A stretch of 64,000 bases of DNA from an uncultured delta proteobacterium (GTDB lineage: Bacteria > Desulfobacterota > BSN033 > UBA1163). This document shows, one piece after another, positions 19,177 to 29,091 of this stretch. The position numbers and the translations under genes were made by a program. Position 1 is the first letter of the stretch. Each line of letters begins with the position of its first letter. The notes below the pieces were generated by a model that was given only the letters and a program-made list of their open reading frames with translations, did not search any database and had not been told where the DNA came from. The stretch lies in the NCBI GenBank assembly GCA_963827685.1, contig CAWHBU010000004.1, positions 288,001-352,000 of the forward strand, in the 5' to 3' direction.

Positions 19177-20373
19177 TTACTTTTTCTTCCATTTGCTCAG
19201 TTCATTGGAGGTCCAATCTTGTAGCAGAATATAGCTTCCGTTCGGTCCGCATTTGTGGATCCTGGTGGAATCCACCCCTTGATGCTCCTGGGGAGTCCAC
19301 GTGATTTTGGGGCCGACCCCCTGAAAATCTTTCACGGAATTCAGAGCCTGCAAGAGAGCCTCGGTACTCAAGTCTCTCCCCACTTTTTCAAGGGCATAGA
19401 CTAAGGGTTCCGCAAACATAATCCCCGCCAAAAAGAAGGCCGTGAATGGCTCGTCTGGGGTTAGTCTTTTCGCGGCCTCACGATATTTCACCACCAAGGG
19501 ATGATTGCCAGTTGGATCCATTGTTTTTGCGCCGGTGATCACCCCTTCCCATAAACCTCCCGTGATCTTATACATAACAGCCAAATCACCAAGCGTATCG
19601 GCGGACACCCACTGGGGCTTATACCCGATAGCAGCGGCGGTCTTTACGGCGACCACACCGGGGGTAGGCGCAACTTGCATGATGACCGCCTTGGCGCCTG
19701 AGATCTTAAGCTTCATGATCTGGGAGGACAGATCTTTTTCAGTCGGTTCCACCGGAACTTCCGCTGTGAACTGTAACCTATAAGTCGCCATCCGTTCTTT
19801 AGCCCCAGCCAATGCATCCCAGCCCATTGGATCGTTCTGGTAGAGGAAGCCAATTTTCTTGATCTTTAGTTTTTCAACCACGTACTTTGTGAGAACACTG
19901 GCTTCATCCCCGAAGAGGCAAAAAGAGCTGAAGAGATAAGGGTTCAGCGGATAGACCAACTCCTTGGCACCCGTGCACATACCCACAGAAATTACCTTGC
20001 TTGCGGCAAGATAATCTTTTACTGCCAGCACACAAGAACTCCCCAGTCCACTGGTAACCGCCAATACCCCCTGCCGCTCAACCAATTCTTTGACCACGGC
20101 CTTTGTCTGTGCTGGATTATATTGATCATCTCTGATAAAATGCTTGATCTTTCTTCCGTGGATTCCCCCTTCTTCATTGACCAGACTAAACAAGACACCC
20201 GGTCCCCGGGAAATATTCCCCCAGGAAGCGGCAGGCCCTGTTTGGGGCCCCCACGAGCCGATTCTGATCTCCTTGTCGTCAAAGCCTCTCTCTGCGGCAT
20301 CATTATTAGGAGTCAGGATTAACAGAGCCAATATAAGAACAGATAAGAATAGAAATGAATTTTTGGAATGCAT
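19177..20373 (-). CDS. ABC transporter substrate-binding protein (type I PBP), paralog of 4184-5356
   Basis: Signal peptide, GPQTGPAA, NEEGGIHGRK, DDQYNPAQT. Confidence 0.92.
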   Translation of the reverse strand: MHSKNSFLFLSVLILALLILTPNNDAAERGFDDKEIRIGSWGPQTGPAASWGNISRGPGVLFSLVNEEGGIHGRKIKHFIRDDQYNPAQTKAVVKELVERQGVLAVTSGLGSSCVLAVKDYLAASKVISVGMCTGAKELVYPLNPYLFSSFCLFGDEASVLTKYVVEKLKIKKIGFLYQNDPMGWDALAGAKERMATYRLQFTAEVPVEPTEKDLSSQIMKLKISGAKAVIMQVAPTPGVVAVKTAAAIGYKPQWVSADTLGDLAVMYKITGGLWEGVITGAKTMDPTGNHPLVVKYREAAKRLTPDEPFTAFFLAGIMFAEPLVYALEKVGRDLSTEALLQALNSVKDFQGVGPKITWTPQEHQGVDSTRIHKCGPNGSYILLQDWTSNELSKWKKK

Positions 20374-20504
20374 GGTTCTTTCCTCCTTTATAAGTGATTG
20401 ATGATCCAGCCTTTGAGCTCGAAAGACCCCTTTTTCACCCCCTTTCCGAGCATGATTTTCATTGACTCCTGAGCTGATCAGGACGGTTTTTGCTCCTTAA
20501 GAGA

Positions 20505-21380
20505 TTACACCTTCTTCACATAATGTTTGGCGAAAAGACCGCTGGGACGGATGCACAGGACCAGGACGATGACCGCAAAGGCTACGATGGGTTTCCATGC
20601 CGGCCAGAGATAGCCAAAAAAGTTCTCGATAATGCCCAGGATTAACCCTCCGATAAAGACCCCTGGAATGCTCATCAAACCCCCGAGCACCGCTGCAGCG
20701 AATGTCTTAAGGAAGGGGTCTAACATAAATGCCGGATCCAGCGTAGATCTGGCCACGAAAAACATCGCCGCAATTGCGCCAATCAGGGAACTGAGGCCCC
20801 AGGCAAAGGAGAACACCCATTCCACACGAGCACCCATAATCTTTGCGGCATGCTTATTTTGCTGCGTTGCCCTCATGCCTATGCCCAGCATGGTATATTT
20901 GAAAAACAGGTATAAAAAAATCATGAAGCAGGCGGCAGTGATAAATACGGCGATGGCCCAATCATTGATTAAGAATCCTTTAAAAAGTTCGTGAATCACT
21001 CGGTAAGACCAGGGTAAAGAAAAATCTTTTTGCTCTGCTCCCCATTTCCAGCTGGCCAACCCCATGAGTAACATCTCCGCCCCGAGAGTCAGTATAATCA
21101 TACCAAGATGACTGGCCTTCTTGGCGGGACGTAGGAAAAGAAATTCAATGGCTACGCCCAATATAACGGCAAATATCATGGTGATGACGAAAGCAAGCCA
21201 AAAGGGGTAGTGATAAAAGACGAGGATATGGTAGGCTACAAAGGTGGCGAACATCCCCATCTCCCCTTGGGCAAAGTTGATGACTTCAGATGTTTTATAG
21301 ATGATGACGACGGCTATCCCAAATAAACCATAGCATGCACCAATCGCCAAACCTTCTATGAGGAGCTGTCCGATCGGCAT
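20505..21380 (-). CDS. livH: Liv-type ABC permease, LivH-like
   Basis: NFAQGE, GMRA, AAVLGG. Confidence 0.92.
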   Translation of the reverse strand: MPIGQLLIEGLAIGACYGLFGIAVVIIYKTSEVINFAQGEMGMFATFVAYHILVFYHYPFWLAFVITMIFAVILGVAIEFLFLRPAKKASHLGMIILTLGAEMLLMGLASWKWGAEQKDFSLPWSYRVIHELFKGFLINDWAIAVFITAACFMIFLYLFFKYTMLGIGMRATQQNKHAAKIMGARVEWVFSFAWGLSSLIGAIAAMFFVARSTLDPAFMLDPFLKTFAAAVLGGLMSIPGVFIGGLILGIIENFFGYLWPAWKPIVAFAVIVLVLCIRPSGLFAKHYVKKV

Positions 21381-21456
21381 CTCTTTGTCCTTAAATCGCT
21401 TAGGTTTATCTTTTCCGGTATTCTGGCCTTCCCAAATGCTTAAAAACCGATCTTTT

Positions 21457-22527
21457 TTAGAAAGGCCAGGTCATCCAGTATTTTTTAATCCTCAGCCATA
21501 TGCCGTACATGCCGAGGGGTTCAAAGATGATGATTCCAATCATAATGAGACCGAGGGCGATACTGTTAAAATTTTCCAAACCTACAACCGTGAGCCAGCG
21601 TTTGGAAATAGTCAGGATAAAGGTTCCGAAATATGGCACCTCCGCAATATTCTTTAACAAAGAAAACTGCAAGTACGTGATGAATATGGCGCCGAAAATT
21701 GATCCCGCAATAGATCCCAATCCCCCAACAACAATCATGACAAGAAAGATAATAGACAGAAGAATATTGAAAGTGAAAGGATCGAAAAAGCCGAGAACAA
21801 AACCAAAAAGACCACCCGCAATTCCGGCATAGAAGGCACTAATGGCAAAAGCCAGGGTTTTATAAATCGGCAGATTGACCCCGATGACTTCGGCGGCAAT
21901 GTCACTATCCCTGATCGCTACAAAGGACCTGCCCACGCGAGTCTTCATAATGTTTCTGGCCCCGAGAACCATGAGGATGGTAATGATCAGAATCAGATAA
22001 AACTTACCGATATCGGAATCGATGATCCAACGGAACCCAAGCTGCGGTATGCCCAGGTCGAGGGGGGGAGCCTTTATTCCCGAGCGGCCGCCAAAAATTT
22101 CCCATTGCCCAATGACGTGCATAATGGCCATGCCGAAACCAAGAGTGGCGATGGCCAGGTAAGGGCCTTTCAATCTCAGGGCAGGTAATCCGAGAATAAA
22201 GCCAAAAAAGGCCGAGATGAAACCAGCGAGAACTATGGCAAAAATAAAAGGAACCTGCATTTTATTCATCAGGAGAGCCGTTGCGTAGGCCCCGATGGCG
22301 AAGAAGCCAGCGTGTCCTAAGGAGATTTGGCCTGTATAACCAACGAGGATATTAAGGCCCACAGCAATAATCACGTGAACCAGCATGAGGTTGAAAAGGA
22401 AAATATAATAGCTGGGTATATATGTCGGCAAAGTAAAAAGAAAAATCAACAAAGCCACCGACCAGATAAGAATGGCCTTACTCTTGAAAATCTGTAGGTC
22501 CTCATAATAATCACGCTTCATATCCAT
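21457..22527 (-). CDS. livM: Liv-type ABC permease, LivM-like
   Basis: GLNILVGYTGQISLGHAGFF, RLKGPYLAIATLGF. Confidence 0.93.
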   Translation of the reverse strand: MDMKRDYYEDLQIFKSKAILIWSVALLIFLFTLPTYIPSYYIFLFNLMLVHVIIAVGLNILVGYTGQISLGHAGFFAIGAYATALLMNKMQVPFIFAIVLAGFISAFFGFILGLPALRLKGPYLAIATLGFGMAIMHVIGQWEIFGGRSGIKAPPLDLGIPQLGFRWIIDSDIGKFYLILIITILMVLGARNIMKTRVGRSFVAIRDSDIAAEVIGVNLPIYKTLAFAISAFYAGIAGGLFGFVLGFFDPFTFNILLSIIFLVMIVVGGLGSIAGSIFGAIFITYLQFSLLKNIAEVPYFGTFILTISKRWLTVVGLENFNSIALGLIMIGIIIFEPLGMYGIWLRIKKYWMTWPF

Positions 22528-22546
22528 GGCAAGACCCCAAAAACCA

Positions 22547-22613
22547 TCTGGGGATTTTCCTCTCGCATGCCACCATTCAGGTTGATGCTTAGGAATGTTG
22601 GAAAATCCCCAGA
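22547..22613. promoter_or_regulatory. Long hairpin in the livM leader
   Basis: tctggggattttcc / ggaaaatccccaga perfect 14-bp arms. Confidence 0.5.
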
Positions 22614-22696
22614 CTTAACCATAGATTTGGTTTCATGGACACCTAAGGCTCTCGAAGAAAAATGCGCGCCCCTTTAGTTATAGAGAAGGACTGAGG

Positions 22697-23053
22697 TTAC
22701 CATCCGCCATAGATATTCATTAATCCCCTGGCAATTTTCTCGCCGGCCTCATTGCTCCCTAACAGACTGTACGCGGTTCGAGGACACCTGTATCTCTTAT
22801 AGAATGCCCGGATACAATCCGAAAATTTCTTCTCCCGATCCCCGGATACCGTAATCACTCCCTGCGTGATTTCTTCAATCTTCTTATCCAAGGTGTTCTC
22901 CATCAGGAGACCCTCTTTCATCTCCCGATTCTCTATCTTCTCGTAGGAAATCTGTACCCCATACTTCCGCGCAAAGTTTTTCAAATCCCCTTCCTTAATC
23001 TTTTCTAAAGCATCCCCCGGATAATACCGCAGCTTTACCAAATATTCAGTCAT
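22697..23053 (-). CDS. Hypothetical 118-aa protein, copy 2
   Basis: Paralog of 14129-14485; AAGGAG RBS. Confidence 0.85.
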   Translation of the reverse strand: MTEYLVKLRYYPGDALEKIKEGDLKNFARKYGVQISYEKIENREMKEGLLMENTLDKKIEEITQGVITVSGDREKKFSDCIRAFYKRYRCPRTAYSLLGSNEAGEKIARGLMNIYGGW

Positions 23054-23065
23054 GGTTTTCTCTCC

Positions 23066-23287
23066 TTAACCTGGCAAGTATTCCTGATATTTCTTGGATC
23101 TGCCTTTTCTCTCCTCTTTCGTCCTCAGAAAATAGTCCTTGGATGGCGCAATATGATAGGTGTAGTGATTGTACGACACCTCCGGCCGAAACCGATTGTC
23201 CGCCCAAGCTTTCTTCTCAGATGTCACGCGGATCTTCCCACCGACCATCCTCAGCTTTCCCCGAACCCCGCACGTGGGACACTCAAC
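23066..23287 (-). pseudogene. 3' fragment of iron-sulfur flavoprotein (VECPTCGVRGKL...EYLPG)
   Basis: Matches 14677-14898; homology stops abruptly at 23287. Confidence 0.85.
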
Positions 23288-23301
23288 TCCTGAAATGAAT
23301 T

Positions 23302-23562
23302 CTATTTGGTATTATCCTTTCTCTTTTTGGCAATTTTATTTCTTATTGCAAAGAAAGGCAGAAGAATAATAAAGGACAGACCTTGCCACGAAAACATCAT
23401 TCTTACGGCTCGGAGAGCGTCTTCAGCGGAGAGAATCATATCCATCTGCATGGTTCCCAATGCCTTGCCTTCCATGACCAGTTTATCGCCTACGCGTCTA
23501 ACGGAAGAAATCGACGCAGCCTCATCACCCATCTCATTGCGTATGGTCACAACATGTTTCAT
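23302..23562 (-). CDS. Small 86-aa protein with C-terminal hydrophobic helix; partner of FAD oxidoreductase, copy 1
   Basis: Intact paralog at 36611-36871; hydrophobic GLSFIILLPFFAI followed by a basic tail. Confidence 0.8.
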   Translation of the reverse strand: MKHVVTIRNEMGDEAASISSVRRVGDKLVMEGKALGTMQMDMILSAEDALRAVRMMFSWQGLSFIILLPFFAIRNKIAKKRKDNTK

Positions 23563-23619
23563 AGATTTGTGATCGGCAAGCCTCCTTTTTTCAACTAAGT
23601 TTTTCTCTTCTAATCGCGC

Positions 23620-25164
23620 TCAGCGGAAAATCGGCGGCAGAAGCTGCAGATAATCCTTGCCGGTGATGGCACTTGCACATATAAACCCGGAGTGGGCAGC
23701 CCCCTCAATCCCTCCTTCATTGAGGCGCTTTCCATATGTATCCCCGGCAAAATAGAGTCCCTCGACCGTAGGGCATTTCACGTCCACCCATTCATCCTCC
23801 GGGTGTCTCCACAGGATACAGGTATCTCCGGCGGTAAATAGCATCCAGTCCAGCGCCTTTCGCCACCCCGGAAATCCCTTATCCAGAAACTTCAATATCC
23901 GCTGGATGACAATATCTGTTTTCTTTTTATCGTGCGCTTCGGTGGCCAGGATACTGCTGGCCATTTGAAGCAGGTGTTTGCCTTCCGGCGCGGTTGTGGG
24001 GGCAATGGCAGATATCGGCACGATGTCGAGTGGAACATTGCCCCTGAACAGCCCTTCGCTTTCCGGAATCAACCAGGAAGTATGGTAGAAAGACCTGGGG
24101 TCCACCTTGAGTTCACAGAAAGCGCTCAACGGTTTCCTCATCCCGAACTGGCCGGCGACCATGGAAGTATGGATGATATTTTTCGTCAATCTGACAAATT
24201 CCGCCGGCAGCAATTTCTCCGGGATGAGCTTTAGCAGTACCTTGGGCGGGGCCGTGCAGACAACGACCGGCGACTTTATTTCCATGGTTTTGCCGTCCAT
24301 TTCCGCCTTCACGCCGGTCGCTCTGCCGTTCTGAATCATAACTTCCTTCACCCGCGCATTCGTGACGACGTCCCCTTCAGCGTCTTTGACGACAGCAGCA
24401 AATCCTTCGGTGATAAAGCGGTGCCCGGGGGCCCCGGCGAAAGCCCACGAACCATCGGTGATATGCACCCCGGTCTCCTGGACTTGTAAAAACACCTTCA
24501 GGTTTTCCCCGGCGCTGTTCAGCGCCGGATCATTGATGATCGTCTGGAAGGTGCCCATGGCATAGTGGAATTCCTGGGCCAGCTCGCTCTTTGTGATCCC
24601 TTCGACCCAGTCTTTTAACGTGACATGGTCGAGCTTTTCGGCTTCCGCTATCGAGCCCACCTGGAGCTTCCGCTTATGGACCTTCACCATCTCGGCGTAA
24701 TCTTCTTCACTCATCCATCCGTACCTGGATCTTCTCTTGATACTATGCGGCTTCCAATCGTGGTCATACCACACAAAGCCGACATTGGGATAGAAGATCG
24801 AAGCCTTGTTGAACACAGACAACGCGTGGCTGACGCGTCCCCTGTTGGTGTACCAGGCACCCCGGCCTCCTGCTTCGATGACGTATCCACGAAGCATCTT
24901 CTTTTGAATCATGGTGGACAGGTTCGGTTTCGTCTTATCGCAAACCCAGGAGTGCGCAGCCAGCGCCAGGGTTTTGCGAAACTCGTTGGCGTCCTTGATC
25001 CCCTCCCCCCTGAAGGATGTAGCCCGCCCCCCAATCACTGCTGCCTGCTCAAGAATAAGAACCTTTTTTTGCCCCATGCTTGATAACAGGGCTCCAACAA
25101 CCGATCCCGCGATGCCGCACCCGATGATAATAACGTCATACTCTTTAGAAATTTCTTCAGACAT
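23620..25164 (-). CDS. FAD-dependent oxidoreductase, phytoene desaturase/amine oxidase superfamily, copy 1
   Basis: DVIIIGCGIAG..E...IGGR dinucleotide fold, APEGKHL, GLYFAGD; AAGGAGG RBS. Confidence 0.88.
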   Translation of the reverse strand: MSEEISKEYDVIIIGCGIAGSVVGALLSSMGQKKVLILEQAAVIGGRATSFRGEGIKDANEFRKTLALAAHSWVCDKTKPNLSTMIQKKMLRGYVIEAGGRGAWYTNRGRVSHALSVFNKASIFYPNVGFVWYDHDWKPHSIKRRSRYGWMSEEDYAEMVKVHKRKLQVGSIAEAEKLDHVTLKDWVEGITKSELAQEFHYAMGTFQTIINDPALNSAGENLKVFLQVQETGVHITDGSWAFAGAPGHRFITEGFAAVVKDAEGDVVTNARVKEVMIQNGRATGVKAEMDGKTMEIKSPVVVCTAPPKVLLKLIPEKLLPAEFVRLTKNIIHTSMVAGQFGMRKPLSAFCELKVDPRSFYHTSWLIPESEGLFRGNVPLDIVPISAIAPTTAPEGKHLLQMASSILATEAHDKKKTDIVIQRILKFLDKGFPGWRKALDWMLFTAGDTCILWRHPEDEWVDVKCPTVEGLYFAGDTYGKRLNEGGIEGAAHSGFICASAITGKDYLQLLPPIFR

Positions 25165-25235
25165 ATCTCCTCCTTTTTTGTTGATGAATGGTCAACCTCA
25201 ATCGAAATTCATATCTAAAAACCACCCGGCAAGAA

Positions 25236-26810
25236 TTATTTTGCTATCGCTTTCTTAAAGTCGATACCCAAGTCCTCCATGATCACCTGGACGGTTGCTC
25301 TTCCCCCGCCGTTAATACCCACTCCAGGATGGGTGCTGACCCCGCACATATAAAGTCCTTGAATCGGGGTCCTATACTGACCCCAGCCGGGAAGCGGCCG
25401 GTTGCCAAAGGATTGGGAAAGGAAGGAACCGATATGTCCGATATCCCCCTCGATCAGTGCCGGGTTCATGCGTTCATAATCGAGCGGACTGGCGATCCAT
25501 CTGCCGAGAATATTGCGGTCGTCCAAATTGGTACAGTGCTTGCGCGCCGTCTCCAGCACCTGGTCGGCAACGTCTTGCTTCACCTTATCCCACGCCGCAG
25601 CCCCGCCATCGCGTAAGTGGTAGGGCTCATAGTGGTAGAGAAATAGGGTATGCTTGCCTGCCGGGGCCCGGGTGGGATCAACGAGGGTGGCAATTCCCAT
25701 AATCGGCATACCGGCATTGGGTACGCCATAGGAATAATCATCGTATGACCGCAGAAGCTCTTCCGGGTAGGGGCTGATCTCCACAAAGGGAGCCTTATTC
25801 ACGTCACCGCCGGCTTTGAACTTAGGAGCTTCGTTGAGGGCGATCGCCTGACCGAGGGGGGCGAAGGAAGCGGGCTTCAATTTCCTAACTTTATCCTGAA
25901 AGCCCGCCGGCACCTCCCGGTCGGTCAACATCTGCAGGAATAGCTGCTTGACATTGACATTGGCCACGACCGCTTTCTTAGCCATTATTTGCTCGCCGTT
26001 TTCGAGAAGAACTCCCTTGGCTGCGCCATTCTCGACGAGAACCCGCTTGACCGCGGTGGATAGCACGATCGTGCCGCCGTTATCCCGGATGCAAGCTGCC
26101 AGGGCCTCGCTGAAAACACCGGATCCGCCGATCGGCATCGTCAATCCCCAGGTATGAAACAGGGGCCAGCCTGCTGCATAGAGACCGGTTCCCTTTTCCC
26201 GCGGGCCGATCATTTCCTCTGAAGCCCACCGGCCAAAGGCAGCCCTCATCTCTTTGCTTTCAAACCACTCCTCGGTGACATCTTGTACGCTGGATAGGAT
26301 GAGCTTCGTATATTCCTTCCCTTCCTCGCTGGAATCGAGAAAGGACATCATGGCCCCGAAACGCGGCGGCGCTGAAAACATCCCTATCTTCAAGGGAGCC
26401 GTTATTTTCTTCAGATATAGGCAGAACTTCAGATAGGCATCGGCATCCTTGGCCGAAAACTGCTTTATGGATTCGACCATCTTGTTGATGTCTTTATAGA
26501 TGACCAGTGCGCGGTCGTCGTTGAAAACAATTGCGCCCGGGGGGTCGGGGGAAACGTATTTCAATCCGTATTTGGACTTTAGCCCTAATTCGTCCTGGTG
26601 CAGTAGCGGATTGGCCTGGATCATCATATGAATGGTCCCGGCAACATCGTGCTTGAAGCCGGGCAACGTGCATTCCCTGGTAACCACGCATCCGCCGACC
26701 ATGTCTTGGAGCTCTACCACACAAACATCCACCTTGGCCTTAGCCAGGTAGGCAGCGACAATAAGCCCGTTATGCCCGCCCCCGATGATAACCACATCAT
26801 GTATTTTCAT
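25236..26810 (-). CDS. Phytoene dehydrogenase-like FAD oxidoreductase (COG1233/PYROXD2-like)
   Basis: IGGGHNGLIVAAYLAKA, PGFKHD, DPTRAPAGKHT, YRTPIQGLYMCG.STHPG.G. Confidence 0.92.
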   Translation of the reverse strand: MKIHDVVIIGGGHNGLIVAAYLAKAKVDVCVVELQDMVGGCVVTRECTLPGFKHDVAGTIHMMIQANPLLHQDELGLKSKYGLKYVSPDPPGAIVFNDDRALVIYKDINKMVESIKQFSAKDADAYLKFCLYLKKITAPLKIGMFSAPPRFGAMMSFLDSSEEGKEYTKLILSSVQDVTEEWFESKEMRAAFGRWASEEMIGPREKGTGLYAAGWPLFHTWGLTMPIGGSGVFSEALAACIRDNGGTIVLSTAVKRVLVENGAAKGVLLENGEQIMAKKAVVANVNVKQLFLQMLTDREVPAGFQDKVRKLKPASFAPLGQAIALNEAPKFKAGGDVNKAPFVEISPYPEELLRSYDDYSYGVPNAGMPIMGIATLVDPTRAPAGKHTLFLYHYEPYHLRDGGAAAWDKVKQDVADQVLETARKHCTNLDDRNILGRWIASPLDYERMNPALIEGDIGHIGSFLSQSFGNRPLPGWGQYRTPIQGLYMCGVSTHPGVGINGGGRATVQVIMEDLGIDFKKAIAK

Positions 26811-26873
26811 GGATCTTATTTCCTCCTTTCAATGGTATTCGTTTATGCCGCTTGAATTTTGGGGGTACTAACG

Positions 26874-27692
26874 TCATGAAACGGTGTATCCGCCATCAAG
26901 ATACAGGGTTTGGCCGGTCATATAGCTCGACGCATCGGAAGCGAGGTAAAGGGCAAGTAACCCTACCTCCCGGGGCTCGCCGAAGCGTCGCATGGGCACA
27001 GAGCGCAGATAGGTTTTGCTTATCTCCTCGTTCGAATATATTTTTTCGAGCATGGCGGTCAAAACTCCGCCGGGTCCTATGGCATTGACCGTGATATTAA
27101 ACCTAGCCAGCTCATTGGCCAAGCCTCTGGTGATGGCCACGATGGCTGCCTTGGTCGCCGGATAAATTCCCTGCAGTGCGGTGTACTTGATGGCCGCAGT
27201 GGATACGATATTTACGATTTTTCCTTTTCCCTTTTCGATCATATGCGGAACAACCAGCCTGGTTAAATCGTACCCGGCTTTGACATTCGTGTTCCAGATT
27301 ACGTTCCATTCCTCATCTGTCAGGGGCTCATTCAGATTGGGGAGTATCTTGGCAATACGCATTTTTTCGGCGCCGGGGACGGGAACTACATTCCTGAAGT
27401 TTCCCACTCCGGCGTTGTTCACCAGTATGTCGATCTTCCCAAAGTTAGACAGGCTCGTATCCACAAGCTTTTTCAAATGATCCACATTCGTTATATCCGT
27501 AGGTACGGGGATACACTGGCGCCCTTGCTTGTGGACTTCCGCGGCTGTTTCATTTAGCTGAGCAGGGGTCCTGCTCGCAGCGACAATATCCGCACCTGCT
27601 TCAGCTAGGGTTGAAGCGATGGCCCGGCCGATTCCTCGCCCGGCCCCTGTGACGATGGCCGTTCTTCCTTCGAGACTAAATTCTTTCAGCAA
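26874..27692 (-). CDS. SDR family oxidoreductase
   Basis: TGAGRGIG, NNAG, YPATK, YMTGQTLYLDGG. Confidence 0.93.
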   Translation of the reverse strand: MLKEFSLEGRTAIVTGAGRGIGRAIASTLAEAGADIVAASRTPAQLNETAAEVHKQGRQCIPVPTDITNVDHLKKLVDTSLSNFGKIDILVNNAGVGNFRNVVPVPGAEKMRIAKILPNLNEPLTDEEWNVIWNTNVKAGYDLTRLVVPHMIEKGKGKIVNIVSTAAIKYTALQGIYPATKAAIVAITRGLANELARFNITVNAIGPGGVLTAMLEKIYSNEEISKTYLRSVPMRRFGEPREVGLLALYLASDASSYMTGQTLYLDGGYTVS

Positions 27693-27741
27693 ATTTTCCT
27701 CCTTTCAGGTGCCGATCGGCGAAAAAGACCCGACTGACTCT

Positions 27742-29091
27742 TTATTCCGTTAGACCGTATTTCCTGTAGATTTTTTCGTTGTCCTGCCCGATCCCGCATT
27801 TGGTTGACTTTATCCTGGGCGGCGTTGCGGACATCTTGGGGATTGCCGCGGGAATAATAAATTTGCCGCTTTCCGGATCATCCACTTCTATGAAGTTGTT
27901 GCGGATATTCCAGTGTTTTTCCTGCAGGACTTCTTTGGGTTCTTTTGTCGGAACGATGATGGGGAAGCCTTTGCTGCGCAAGGGGTCGCGGGCTGCCTTG
28001 GCGCTGAAATCAAGGGCCTTGCGGGTGAGTTCATCCCGGGTAAATTTGGAGAATGTTTTCTCGAGTTCGGTCCTCAGCTCCTCGGCCTTATCTACGTCGT
28101 CCACCGTCCGGTCAAATAAGTACCTCCAGTCGTTTTCCAGATCCCACCTGTTGAATAGCTTCAGAAGGCTCCTGAAGTCCGGGTCCAGGGGCGCCGCTAC
28201 AGTTACATAGCCGTCTTTGCATTTGAAAAATCCATAAGGATAGAGGCACCAATCGAATCCGGCGATCCGGTCACGCGGCTTCTCGGAAGTGAACCCCCAG
28301 ACTACCTGAAAACCCTGCCACGCCGTGATGGCATCGTTCGTGGCAATGTCAACCATCTGGCCCTCACCGGTCATTTGCCGGCAAAATAGGGCCGTTAGCG
28401 CACCGGCGACGGCCAGTGCCGCGCTCATATACCACGCTGCCCAGATCCCTGCCTTGAGGGGGTAATTATACGGCTCAGGTTCCCTGGGATCTCCGCTTAT
28501 CGAGGGGTATCCTGACTCCGCCTGTGCTGTCAGGTCTGTATCTGGGATATGGCTTAGCTTTTCCGCCTGCGAAGTGTAGTGGCCATACGGAGAAATCGCT
28601 ACATAGACCAATCCCGGATTTGATCCTTTTAATTGCCTGTAGCCGATGGCGGAGGAGTCCAGTTCCCCGGGTCTCAGGGCATCGATCATAACGTCGGCCT
28701 TATTGGCGAATTTTTTAAAGCTCTCCCGGCCTCCTTCGCTATTCAAATCCAGGGTAATGTAAGATTTGTTCCTGCTTTCCATTAAGAAAGGCAATCCGAC
28801 GCCGTCCACATTTACACCGTAGGGAGTGATCTTCCTGGCCGGATCACCCTCGGGCGGTTCAATCTTAATGACCTCGGCCCCATACTCACCGAGCAGGGTG
28901 GCGGCGGTAATTCCCGCGAAGTTCGCTCGGGTCGCTTCGATGACGGTGATCCCGCTGAGGGCTTCAGGTTTATTCTCGGTAGAGCCCATCATGCCCGTTA
29001 AAAGTTCGTTAAACCTGGCCAGCTGCTCCCCTGCCTTGTTACCTAAGAGGTGTCTGGAATAAACCTGAGGTTTTTTTTCACTTGCCGTCAT
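27742..29091 (-). CDS. Family III (CaiB/BaiF) CoA-transferase, probable non-catalytic subunit
   Basis: GAEVIKIEPPEGD, RNKSYITLDL, ADV, DLTAQA; start at 29091 overlaps the upstream stop; no Asp at the expected catalytic position. Confidence 0.88.
   Translation of the reverse strand: MTASEKKPQVYSRHLLGNKAGEQLARFNELLTGMMGSTENKPEALSGITVIEATRANFAGITAATLLGEYGAEVIKIEPPEGDPARKITPYGVNVDGVGLPFLMESRNKSYITLDLNSEGGRESFKKFANKADVMIDALRPGELDSSAIGYRQLKGSNPGLVYVAISPYGHYTSQAEKLSHIPDTDLTAQAESGYPSISGDPREPEPYNYPLKAGIWAAWYMSAALAVAGALTALFCRQMTGEGQMVDIATNDAITAWQGFQVVWGFTSEKPRDRIAGFDWCLYPYGFFKCKDGYVTVAAPLDPDFRSLLKLFNRWDLENDWRYLFDRTVDDVDKAEELRTELEKTFSKFTRDELTRKALDFSAKAARDPLRSKGFPIIVPTKEPKEVLQEKHWNIRNNFIEVDDPESGKFIIPAAIPKMSATPPRIKSTKCGIGQDNEKIYRKYGLTE

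Noticed and set aside
23280-23320. Programmed frameshift fusing the 86-aa protein to the flavoprotein fragment
   Set aside because: The fragment frame has an in-frame TAA just upstream and no slippery site is evident
23620-26810. Carotenoid biosynthesis cluster
   Set aside because: No phytoene synthase, prenyltransferase or cyclase; the context is uptake and CoA activation
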